This document shows positions 15,880-23,657 of a DNA stretch of 32,000 nt, one piece after another; position 1 is the stretch's first letter, and each line of letters opens with the position of its first letter. Source of the stretch: Parasynechococcus marenigrum WH 8102. GTDB lineage: Bacteria; Cyanobacteriota; Cyanobacteriia; PCC-6307; Cyanobiaceae. The position numbers and the translations under genes were made by a program. The stretch covers positions 1,080,001 through 1,112,000 of the forward strand of contig NC_005070.1 of the NCBI RefSeq assembly GCF_000195975.1. Direction: 5' to 3'. The notes under the pieces were generated by a model. It made no database searches, was not told where the DNA came from, and was given only the letters and a program-made list of their open reading frames with translations.

Positions 15880-16080
15880 TTATCGCTGTGTGTATAGCAG
15901 CAATGCTATTTCACAAGCGGGCAAGTTAAAGCGCAGATGCCCGCGAGACGTTGCACCAGAACGGTAGTAGTGCACTCCACCCTTGAAATAGCCTTCCTTC
16001 ATCAGCCGCCATTGCGTCGTTCGGCCTAACCGCAGTTGCCGTCGCATTTCTGACGCTTTCACCCAATCTGATTGGAACAC
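15880..16080 (-). CDS. AlpA/excisionase-family helix-turn-helix protein (candidate directionality factor or regulator)
   Basis: It is 66 aa. WVKASEMRRQLRLGRTTQWRLMKEGYFKGGVHYYRSG...HLRFNL fits the winged-HTH pattern of AlpA/Xis (HTH_17-like) proteins. It is transcribed divergently from the capsid gene. Confidence 0.65.
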   Translation of the reverse strand: MFQSDWVKASEMRRQLRLGRTTQWRLMKEGYFKGGVHYYRSGATSRGHLRFNLPACEIALLLYTQR

Positions 16081-16143
16081 CTTGGAACAAGTTAGTTGAT
16101 TTCATTCTATCGGCCGTGATGATATAAACACGCGAGGCAATCA

Positions 16144-17154
16144 ATGAACCACACCATCACCAAGAAGCGGCCATATAGCTTCAACGCACTGCTCAGCTCA
16201 CTCAGCTCACAAGTCCCAGACGAACAGGCCACTTGGGAGCAAAACTTGTCACTGCAGGCTGAGAAGTTCTACGGCCAGCACAGCATCCAGAAGAAGCAGG
16301 AGAACGCGGCATTCATCCCAACCCAAAGGATGCTGCGCGATCTGATCACAGGCACTGCCAGCAGCGGTGGTGACTTGGTTGCCACGTCGGTGCAGAAAGT
16401 CGCAGACAGCGTCCGGCCTGTGACCGTCTTGGAGCGTGCCGGTGTTGAGCGGATTGAAACCGGCGGAGAGAACCTGACCATCCCGCGCTTTGCCAAGGCC
16501 GATGCCGGATGGATTGCAGAAGGTGCTGACTACACCGCACTCACCACCACAAGCACCAGCGTGGATGCCAGCCCGAAGCTCGCCAGTGCCCGCCTGTCTT
16601 TCAGCCGCCGCCTGAAGGTGCTCGTCCCTGACGTTGAAGGGTCAGTTCTGCAGGAAGTCGGCCGTGCTGTTGCCGGACTGATCGAGAAGGGAGCGATTCA
16701 AGGCACTGGCAGCAACTCTCAACCGCTTGGCCTGCTCAACCTGCCTGATGCGCTCAGCCAGACCTTTGCCTCTGCAACTCCCACCAGCGATGAACTGGCA
16801 TCAATGCTGGAGAAGCTCGGTGATGCCGATGTGGACCTGAGCAAGGTGGTGTTCCTGATGCACCCGAGCACTGCCGCTGATCTGATGAAGACCCGCGTGG
16901 ATGCCAGCAGTGGCGCGTTGGTGCTGAGTGACCTGAAGATTCACGGCCTGCCGGTATTCATCACAAGCAATGTCACCGAGGACAAGGTGATCGCACTGGA
17001 TCCGAGTTACAGCCGTCTCGTCTACTTCGGCAGTGCGCAAGTCGTCGTGGATCCCTTCCGAGGAGCCGTCAGTGGTGTCACGCACACACAAATCCTGAAC
17101 GCAGCGGACTTCGTTTGCTCGCATCAAAGCTCCGTTGTGGTGGGTTCTGCTTAA
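16144..17154 (+). CDS. HK97-fold phage major capsid protein
   Basis: It is 336 aa. GAIQGTGSNSQPLGLLN and VVFLMHPSTAADLMK resemble the conserved G-x-G...P-x-G-hydrophobic and v-hydrophobic-x-P...L blocks of Phage_capsid family proteins. The C-terminus is glycine/valine-rich, and there is no long N-terminal delta/scaffold domain. Confidence 0.7.
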   Translation: MNHTITKKRPYSFNALLSSLSSQVPDEQATWEQNLSLQAEKFYGQHSIQKKQENAAFIPTQRMLRDLITGTASSGGDLVATSVQKVADSVRPVTVLERAGVERIETGGENLTIPRFAKADAGWIAEGADYTALTTTSTSVDASPKLASARLSFSRRLKVLVPDVEGSVLQEVGRAVAGLIEKGAIQGTGSNSQPLGLLNLPDALSQTFASATPTSDELASMLEKLGDADVDLSKVVFLMHPSTAADLMKTRVDASSGALVLSDLKIHGLPVFITSNVTEDKVIALDPSYSRLVYFGSAQVVVDPFRGAVSGVTHTQILNAADFVCSHQSSVVVGSA

Positions 17155-17258
17155 CGGCAGGGTCGAAGGCCCATCACAGGGAGCGTCTGGAGTTTGCGCT
17201 TCCAACAGGGGCCGGTTGTTGAGGAGCCGGTCCCGCCCTAATCACACACAGGCAACAG

Positions 17259-17465
17259 ATGAACCGCGACTACATCGACTGGCTTACGTCACTGCCGAAT
17301 AACCGAGGCGTCAGGAATCGGCAGGTCAACGTCTGGATGTCGGGCTATGCGCCGCTACCCGATGAGATTGACTTACAGCACTGCGAGGAGATGCAGCAGC
17401 GGTGGGTGGTGCGGGACTGCCCTGACGGCGTGCTGGGGAGGCTTTGGTTGTGGGTTAGTCGTTAG
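17259..17465 (+). CDS. Hypothetical 68-aa protein; its 3' end is duplicated at 19178-19225
   Basis: The ORF has an ATG start. Its C-terminal CPDGVLGRLWLWVSR is repeated, with synonymous changes, as an orphan fragment 1.7 kb downstream. Confidence 0.4.
   Translation: MNRDYIDWLTSLPNNRGVRNRQVNVWMSGYAPLPDEIDLQHCEEMQQRWVVRDCPDGVLGRLWLWVSR
17418..17465 (+). repeat. Direct repeat copy A (3' end of ORF 17259..17465)
   Basis: TGCCCTGACGGCGTGCTGGGGAGGCTTTGGTTGTGG... matches 19178 onward at 30 of the first 36 positions by my hand alignment. Confidence 0.5.
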
Positions 17466-17702
17466 GTCTGCAGCGGGGAACACTTCAGGCAATCACGACT
17501 GACCAACGCCTCAAGACACCCGCATCGACCCGTTCCTTGCAGCCCTGCGAGCCAACGACCCTGACACCTTCAAACGGTGGCTATATGGCAGAGTTCATTC
17601 GCTTTGGAAACTTTGCCATCCGCAATACATCTTCAAAACTCTTCTATCAATTTTCTGGATACACGAGGCGTAAATCTGGCAGATACAGCATAAGCTTTTT
17701 GT

Positions 17703-18260
17703 ATGAAGTCAACTATTTTAGAGTACGATTCAACCCGCTACAACTTCAGGAAGTGGGCTTGCGAGTTGCTGGGAGTCAATGACCTGGAGGCAATTCATTC
17801 TTTGAATAAAGTCAAGACTTGCAATATCAGCCCAACCGCCAATCAGCTGGCGAAGTCATTCTCGTCCATTCAGGAAATCTATAAGTCGTTTGTACTGGAT
17901 GTAATAGACAATGAAATTGGTGGTATTACTAATTACCAGAGCCCGCCTTCGTTTCGCTTTTATTACAGCGGACTAGGAAGCACCGTTTTTCATCGAGATC
18001 GGGATTTTGGGGTTGAACAGGGCAGGATTAATGTATGGGTACCATTGACTAATGTGTGGGGAAATAATTCTCTTTGGATTGAAGGAAAAGAAGGTGCAGA
18101 AGATCACCAGCCCATAACGATGCAGTTTGGCCAGATACTTCTTTTTGACGGGGTAAATATCAGCCATGGATCAAAAATCAATACGACATCATCAACTCGT
18201 GTTAGTTTTGACTTCCGCTTTCTTCCTGGCGGAGGTCCTGCTTTCCCAGTATCATACTGA
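17703..18260 (+). CDS. 2-oxoglutarate/Fe(II)-dependent oxygenase superfamily protein
   Basis: It has the HxD...H...RxS facial triad and 2OG-binding arrangement: VFHRDRD, NISHGS, TRVSFDFR. The gene is very AT-rich, as cyanophage and island cargo often is. Confidence 0.6.
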   Translation: MKSTILEYDSTRYNFRKWACELLGVNDLEAIHSLNKVKTCNISPTANQLAKSFSSIQEIYKSFVLDVIDNEIGGITNYQSPPSFRFYYSGLGSTVFHRDRDFGVEQGRINVWVPLTNVWGNNSLWIEGKEGAEDHQPITMQFGQILLFDGVNISHGSKINTTSSTRVSFDFRFLPGGGPAFPVSY

Positions 18261-18469
18261 GACAATTAACGAATCAGATATTCACTATAAAATAATTTTA
18301 GCCAGAAAAGCGCGCTGTTCATCTGCTATAGATAAAAATCATTCAGATGAATTGATCACATTTTGCTGACAATTTGGCTGGTCTTTGATGGCCTGATTGA
18401 TTGCCTCCCCGCATTTTTAAGCTAAGTCCTCACACAATTTACTCTGTCATTGATTTCAGCGATTTCGCT

Positions 18470-18748
18470 TCACCCGAGGCCGTAAGCCTTTGCGACTAGG
18501 GGACCTGCTTGCTCATCAGTCAGTACAGGTGTCACTTCCCAATCCATGATCTCCGCCCACTCTGCAGCATGTTCATAACAAGCATCCGCGTTATCAGCCT
18601 CAACAAGAATCCATCCTTCAAGTGAACCAGGTCCGTGGAAACGCTTCCAAGACTTGCACTCTGGGAAAGGCGCACCAGTCGAAATAAACTTTTTAGCTGC
18701 GGTTTCGTGATAGCCGGTCTTGAAAGACCAGTGCATTAGAAACATCAT
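18470..18748 (-). CDS. DUF3303-family protein
   Basis: MMFLMHWSF...FISTGAPFPE...WKRFHGPGS.EGWILVEADNADA..EHAAEWAEIMDWEVTPVLTDEQAG follows the DUF3303 pattern as I remember it. The ATG at 18748 is preferred over the TTG at 18763. Confidence 0.55.
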   Translation of the reverse strand: MMFLMHWSFKTGYHETAAKKFISTGAPFPECKSWKRFHGPGSLEGWILVEADNADACYEHAAEWAEIMDWEVTPVLTDEQAGPLVAKAYGLG

Positions 18749-18963
18749 TTTGATTTCTAACAATTAATAATTAAACTAGCGCAGTCTAGTACATGCTTGT
18801 GTATTAACTAACACACGTTCCCGGTCCATCTTCTGTTGTCAGATGGGTGCTCAGAGTTTGTGCCGACCTTTTTGGAATGCTGAAGCTTCCCGATGGTTTG
18901 TTCTAATACAGCTCTCAACCCTGAAGACGCATTACAACGGAATCAGAAAAGAAGGTGGGTGCC

Positions 18964-19152
18964 ATGAGCCGATCAAGGTCGTTCAACCGCTTTCATCGTT
19001 ATTTGGCTCGGCAGAAACGCCGTGGACTACGCTCCGTCCTGCCGCAGTTCCAGATGGACTTCCAGTACTACGGATCTCCCATCGATCACAGTCGCGACAT
19101 GCTCAACCGGCTCAAAGGACGCGAAGTGGAGCTAGAGCTTCTGGACGCCTAG
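18964..19152 (+). CDS. Hypothetical small basic protein (62 aa)
   Basis: It reads MSRSRSFNRFHRYLARQKRRGLRS...LKGREVELELLDA. An ATG lies inside track ORF 18955..19152, preceded by GGTGG. It competes with the overlapping and less protein-like ORF 18843..19253. Confidence 0.35.
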   Translation: MSRSRSFNRFHRYLARQKRRGLRSVLPQFQMDFQYYGSPIDHSRDMLNRLKGREVELELLDA

Positions 19153-19177
19153 GCTCTAGCCCATTTCGTTCTACTTA

Positions 19178-19225
19178 TGCCCTGATGGTGTGCTGGGAAC
19201 GCTTTGGCGGTGGTTGCGTGACTGA
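19178..19225 (+). pseudogene. Direct repeat copy B: orphan 3' gene fragment homologous to the end of ORF 17259..17465
   Basis: It encodes CPDGVLGTLWRWLRD-stop. The frame opens only after a TAG at 19157-19159 and has no start codon. Confidence 0.45.
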
Positions 19226-19249
19226 AATGGAGCATTCTCGCGTAGACAT

Positions 19250-19756
19250 CTAACGCAAGTTTTTCCCTGTCTTGCAATCCATCACGTTGCGAATACGACC
19301 ACCAAAGGAGTTTGTGGCGGAGTACTCGATCTGGAGGCTTGCAAAGTCACGGTTGTGAACCTGGAAGCTGTCCGGGTCCTTCATGGCTGCCTTGAGTGAT
19401 CCCTCACATTGAGTCATGGCTTTCACTACGAGATCAGCCAATTCGTTCTGGGCTCTTCTGGCTTCGGCCGCTTTTTTGTTGGCCTCAGCTGTATCTGCTG
19501 CAGCTTTCTTGGCGGCTTCGACCTGCTGAACGAACTTGGGCTTGAACTCCTCGTTCGTGATTTGGCCGAGATCAAAGTCCTCGTTAACGATGTAGTCACT
19601 TGAGAGCAATGACTCGCAGTCATCGGACTTGCCGTTGTTGCAACCACTCTTCAGACCCTGCTCCCAGAGCGTTGCGCCTATGAGAAGGGCAACGAAGAGT
19701 CCCACTAAACCGCCGCCAGCCCATAAACAAATCTTTAAGCAACCACCCTTCATCAT
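19250..19756 (-). CDS. Membrane-anchored/exported protein with a Lys/Ala-rich linker and a Cys-containing C-terminal domain
   Basis: An N-terminal hydrophobic segment (GGGLVGLFVALLIGATLW) is followed by LKSGC (lipobox-like but imperfect), a KKAAADTAEANKKAAEARRAQ linker and KDPDSFQVHNRDF...YSATNSFGGRIRNVMDC. It lies 33 nt downstream of the recombinase gene on the same strand. Confidence 0.55.
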   Translation of the reverse strand: MMKGGCLKICLWAGGGLVGLFVALLIGATLWEQGLKSGCNNGKSDDCESLLSSDYIVNEDFDLGQITNEEFKPKFVQQVEAAKKAAADTAEANKKAAEARRAQNELADLVVKAMTQCEGSLKAAMKDPDSFQVHNRDFASLQIEYSATNSFGGRIRNVMDCKTGKNLR

Positions 19757-19789
19757 GAAGCTGACAATGCTGCAGCAATGATGGCATCG

Positions 19790-21688
19790 TTATGCCGTTT
19801 TGGCCCAGTCCACTGCATCAGCTCTTGCTCCTGCGCTTAGCCGGCCTGCCTCCTCTGCTGTGAATGTTGGAGATTTGATTCGTTTAGGAACGGGGATGCT
19901 TGATTCAAGTTTTTCTCGCTGCTCTGTTATCTGTTGTGGTGTGGCTCTTAGTTCCGCTAAGTCCTGAATAGTTTGGTCAATCACACAATCGTCTCCTCTG
20001 CGATAAAGGTAAACATCATCAATGGAGTTCAAAAGCTGCTTGTCAGTTACATCCGGTCGAATCTCACGCCACCAGTGATCGATTGGCAGATCTTTTAGTG
20101 TAATGCGGACACGAACCGGATTCGTGTTCATGAAAATAATCCGTGCTCCAAGTGTTTGCACCCACTGGTTGAACTTATTTCTTACTTCTGGGTCGGCACG
20201 ATTGGGCAATGACAAAAATTCTTCTAACTTGATCCGAATTTGTTCCTTCATGTCCGCGCCGTCAGGTAATGCTTGAAAAGCTTCAAGTTCAGCTCTTGTT
20301 TGTTTTGTTTTATCCTCGGCCGCGTTGGCTTGTTTCTTAGCCTTGATAGCCAGTTCTCCATAGAACACCAGAAGGTCCTTATCTGCATTCGTTTGAGTAA
20401 AGGCTTTGCTGGCATTGTCCTCAGCGGCTTTTGCTTGTGTCCTCAGCTCACCCGCAAGTCGCTCTTGCTCTAAGAGCCGATCCTGAAGATCTCGGATACG
20501 AGGCCCGGTGCCTGGGTTTTTAAAAAACCGCTCCCATCGCCTGTCCATGAAGGCCCTGAGCAAGAGCTCTTCGTCTACCTTCCATCGTTGTTTGCTTTTG
20601 ACAATGCAATCGCGGCCATCGTTCTGTGCGCTGCAGACAAGGTCTAAATACTTTCCGCTATGGCTGCTGGTATCCACCATCGGTGCACCGCAGCAACAGT
20701 AAGTCAGCCCTTTAAAGATATTGCGGCATGGCCCTAGTTCTCCGTTCTTTCTCGTTGTCCGACCTCTAGCTGGAGCCGAGTAACGACGCTTGACGTTCTC
20801 TCTTGCCAGTTCAACCGTTTTAGCGTCAACAATTACCGGGTAATAGCCCTGGCTGATTATCCCGTCTCCCCAGCACTTATGTCCCATCACTTGGTCGTTT
20901 CTCAGGACCTTGCAGACGTTTGCATTTCCCCAGGTACCACCAGTGGCAGTAGATAGTCCACGACGGTTTAGTTCTTCTGCGATCTGAACGCTGGACAGTC
21001 CCTGTTTGGCTGCCAACTCAAAGATCAACTGGATTGTTTCCGCTAGTGGAGCTGGGACAAAGTCGTTCTCACCTATTGCCAACCACTTTGGTGCATCTGA
21101 CAAGGACAGAAACTTTTTTCCAGAATTCAGATAAGAGTCACGTCGCTCTTGCCAAACGTTTTTGATTCTTCGGGATTTTTTGCTGCTCTCTGCGTTGGAC
21201 TCATTTTGAAGGACTTTCAGCATTACTGAGAGTCCTATATTTTCGTTGTAGAGCTCCTCTGTGACGATCGAGTCCTGGCTGACAATTCCAAGGGCAAGGT
21301 CCAGGTCCCAAAGCTCGTGGAGCATCCGCTCGCTAACGCTTGTGGTTCGCCTTGAGAAGCGGTCCCATTCCTCCACCACCAGCACCGAGCCTGCCGGGAT
21401 TAGGTCGTCGCGCCGAGCCTGGATGAACGCACCCAAGGCACCCTTGCTCTTGTGTGTGCCGTGAAAAGCCGAAAGCCCTTCATCTCGGATTGGATCGGCG
21501 TTGGGTATCAGGCCGTGGCGCTGGCAAAACGGCTCAAATGCGTCGTGCTGTCTTTTCAGTCCTACTCCATCCACTTGGGATTTCGTTGAAACCCGTTCGT
21601 AGCTGAACCCAATACGTGTCACTTCTTCAACCGACTTTTTAGTCCGGTCCTGTGCTGTCGATCCACTGTGCTGACTGGCGGCCGTCAT
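19790..21688 (-). CDS. Large serine recombinase (serine integrase)
   Basis: It is 632 aa. The resolvase catalytic motif is FSYERVSTKSQ with EEWDRFSR. The recombinase domain reads TWGNANVCKVLRNDQVMG, the zinc-ribbon cysteines CCCGAPM...LVCSAQNDGRDC, followed by a long coiled-coil-like region (LRTQAKAAEDNASKAF...AKKQANAAEDKTKQTRAELEAF). Confidence 0.9.
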   Translation of the reverse strand: MTAASQHSGSTAQDRTKKSVEEVTRIGFSYERVSTKSQVDGVGLKRQHDAFEPFCQRHGLIPNADPIRDEGLSAFHGTHKSKGALGAFIQARRDDLIPAGSVLVVEEWDRFSRRTTSVSERMLHELWDLDLALGIVSQDSIVTEELYNENIGLSVMLKVLQNESNAESSKKSRRIKNVWQERRDSYLNSGKKFLSLSDAPKWLAIGENDFVPAPLAETIQLIFELAAKQGLSSVQIAEELNRRGLSTATGGTWGNANVCKVLRNDQVMGHKCWGDGIISQGYYPVIVDAKTVELARENVKRRYSAPARGRTTRKNGELGPCRNIFKGLTYCCCGAPMVDTSSHSGKYLDLVCSAQNDGRDCIVKSKQRWKVDEELLLRAFMDRRWERFFKNPGTGPRIRDLQDRLLEQERLAGELRTQAKAAEDNASKAFTQTNADKDLLVFYGELAIKAKKQANAAEDKTKQTRAELEAFQALPDGADMKEQIRIKLEEFLSLPNRADPEVRNKFNQWVQTLGARIIFMNTNPVRVRITLKDLPIDHWWREIRPDVTDKQLLNSIDDVYLYRRGDDCVIDQTIQDLAELRATPQQITEQREKLESSIPVPKRIKSPTFTAEEAGRLSAGARADAVDWAKTA

Positions 21689-21755
21689 GGCTGAGAAGAC
21701 CAGTTACGGGCTGAAGTTACCTATTTACGCGCTGACGTGCCATGCAGGAGCCTGC

Positions 21756-21767
21756 GTGTCAAGGGTC
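21756..21767. repeat. Candidate right junction repeat GTGTCAAGGGTC
   Basis: It matches 11352-11363. It abuts an 18-nt near-palindrome, CATGCAGGAGCCTGCGTG, at 21741-21758. Confidence 0.3.
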
Positions 21768-21854
21768 CTGAACGCACCAGTCAAATCTCACGTTGAGATA
21801 ACCTTTCGCCCTGCGCCTTTGGGCGTTCTTCACAAATTCAAACGGTCAACCCGC

Positions 21855-23657
21855 ATGAGCGCCCAGCACAAGGCGATTCGCAACATCGCGATCATCGCTC
21901 ACGTTGACCATGGCAAAACGACCCTGGTTGATTCCCTGCTGGCGCAATCAGGCATCTTCCGCGACAACGAAGCGGTGCCCACCTGCGTCATGGACTCCAA
22001 CGATCTGGAGCGTGAGCGCGGCATCACCATTCTGTCGAAAAACACGGCTGTCGATTACAACGACACCCGCATCAACATTGTTGACACCCCTGGTCACGCC
22101 GATTTCGGCGGTGAAGTGGAGCGGGTGCTCGGAATGGTGGATGGCTGTCTGCTGATTGTCGACGCCAACGAGGGGCCGATGCCCCAGACTCGATTCGTGC
22201 TGAAGAAGGCATTGGAGCAGGGTCTGCGCCCGATCGTGTTCGTCAACAAAATCGACCGTGCCCGGGTGGATCCCGAGACGGCTGTGGACAAGGTGCTGGA
22301 TCTGTTCATCGAGCTCGGCGCCGATGACGATCAGTGCGATTTCCCTTACCTGTTCGGAAGCGGTCTCGGCGGATTCGCCAAGCCAGACATGAAGACGGAC
22401 AGCGACAACATGCAACCGCTGTTTGACGCAATCCTGCGTCACGTTCCGCCCCCGGTCGGTGATGTGGAGAAGCCGTTGCAGCTTCAGATCACCACCCTCG
22501 ATTACTCCGATTTCCTTGGACGCATCATCATCGGCCGTGTTCATAACGGTGTGATCAAGCAGGGCCAGAGCGCTTCGTTGATTAAGGACGACGGCAGCAT
22601 CAAGCGTGGCCGCATCAGCAAACTGCTGGGATTCCAAGGCCTGCAGCGGGTTGAGATCGATGAGGCCAGTGCCGGTGATCTGGTGGCCGTGGCTGGTTTT
22701 GACGACGTCAACATCGGTGAAACCATTGCCTGCCCGGATGAGCCCACCGCTCTGCCGCTGATCAAGGTGGATGAGCCCACCCTGCAGATGACTTTTGTGG
22801 TCAACGACTCCCCCTTCGCCGGTAAGGAGGGCAAGTTCGTGACCAGTCGCCAGGTGCGCGACCGTCTCCAACGGGAGCTGCTCACCAACGTGGCCCTGCG
22901 TGTCGAAGACACCGACTCACCAGATCGCTTTGCCGTCAGTGGCCGTGGCGAGCTGCACCTGGGCATCCTGATCGAGACCATGCGCCGCGAGGGCTACGAG
23001 TTCCAGGTGTCGCAGCCGCAAGTGATCTTTCGCACCATTGACGGCACTCCCTGCGAACCGGTGGAAACGCTGGTGATGGACGTGCCCGAGGAGGCCGTCG
23101 GTGGCTGCATCGAAAAACTGGGCACCCGCAAGGGCGAAATGCAGAACATGGAGACCGGCCAGGACGGCCGGACCCAGCTGGAATTCATCGTTCCGTCCCG
23201 TGGTCTGATCGGCTTCCGGGGTGAGTTCATTCGCACCACCCGCGGCGAAGGGATCATGAGCCATTCCTTCTTCGAATACCGCCCGATGCTGGGCGAGTTC
23301 GACACGCGTCGGAACGGGGTCCTGATTGCCTTCGAGGAAGGCACCGCCACCTTCTATGCCCTTAAGAACGCCGAGGACCGTGGTCAGTTCTTCATCTCGC
23401 CAGGCACCAAGGTGTACAAGGGCATGATCATCGGTGAGAACAACCGCCCACAGGACCTTGAGATCAACGTCTGCAAGGCCAAGCAGCTCACCAACATGCG
23501 TTCCGCCGGTGCAGAGGAACTCGACACCCTTCAGGCACCGGTGCAGATGACGCTTGAGCGGGCTCTCGAGTACATCGGTCCCGATGAGATGCTCGAGGTG
23601 ACACCTGAATCCATCCGACTGCGCAAGCTGCCGGCCAAGAAGATGGCCAAGCGCTGA
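21855..23657 (+). CDS. typA: Translational GTPase TypA/BipA
   Basis: [38 protein letters not shown] and NKIDR are GTPase motifs, with full-length EF-G-like domains. The track ORF start at 21687 is an upstream in-frame extension without homology. Confidence 0.93.
   Translation: MSAQHKAIRNIAIIAHVDHGKTTLVDSLLAQSGIFRDNEAVPTCVMDSNDLERERGITILSKNTAVDYNDTRINIVDTPGHADFGGEVERVLGMVDGCLLIVDANEGPMPQTRFVLKKALEQGLRPIVFVNKIDRARVDPETAVDKVLDLFIELGADDDQCDFPYLFGSGLGGFAKPDMKTDSDNMQPLFDAILRHVPPPVGDVEKPLQLQITTLDYSDFLGRIIIGRVHNGVIKQGQSASLIKDDGSIKRGRISKLLGFQGLQRVEIDEASAGDLVAVAGFDDVNIGETIACPDEPTALPLIKVDEPTLQMTFVVNDSPFAGKEGKFVTSRQVRDRLQRELLTNVALRVEDTDSPDRFAVSGRGELHLGILIETMRREGYEFQVSQPQVIFRTIDGTPCEPVETLVMDVPEEAVGGCIEKLGTRKGEMQNMETGQDGRTQLEFIVPSRGLIGFRGEFIRTTRGEGIMSHSFFEYRPMLGEFDTRRNGVLIAFEEGTATFYALKNAEDRGQFFISPGTKVYKGMIIGENNRPQDLEINVCKAKQLTNMRSAGAEELDTLQAPVQMTLERALEYIGPDEMLEVTPESIRLRKLPAKKMAKR

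Larger units (their letters stand above)
11364..21767. mobile_element. Integrated satellite-like genomic island. It carries a large serine recombinase, a PrimPol/VirE replicase, an iteron ori, an AlpA-like HTH protein, a lone HK97 capsid gene and cargo.
   Basis: Housekeeping synteny is interrupted between the U32 peptidase gene and typA. G+C drops and becomes mosaic, and mobility, replication and capsid genes are present. The boundaries are proposed from a short direct repeat and are approximate. Confidence 0.6.

Noticed and set aside
17195-17225. A GGGGCCGG-N11-CCGGTCCC hairpin after the capsid gene.
   Set aside because: The stem is 8 bp with one G-T pair and no downstream T-run, so the evidence is too weak to call a terminator.
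21687-21854. N-terminal extensions proposed by the ORF track for typA. Comparable extensions are listed for rpe (to 28322), the lptA-like gene (from 24024), lptB (from 24437) and sir (to 4191).
   Set aside because: The homology-bearing sequence starts at internal Met or GTG codons. The extensions lack conservation features, and for sir the extension would overlap the divergent glyS start.
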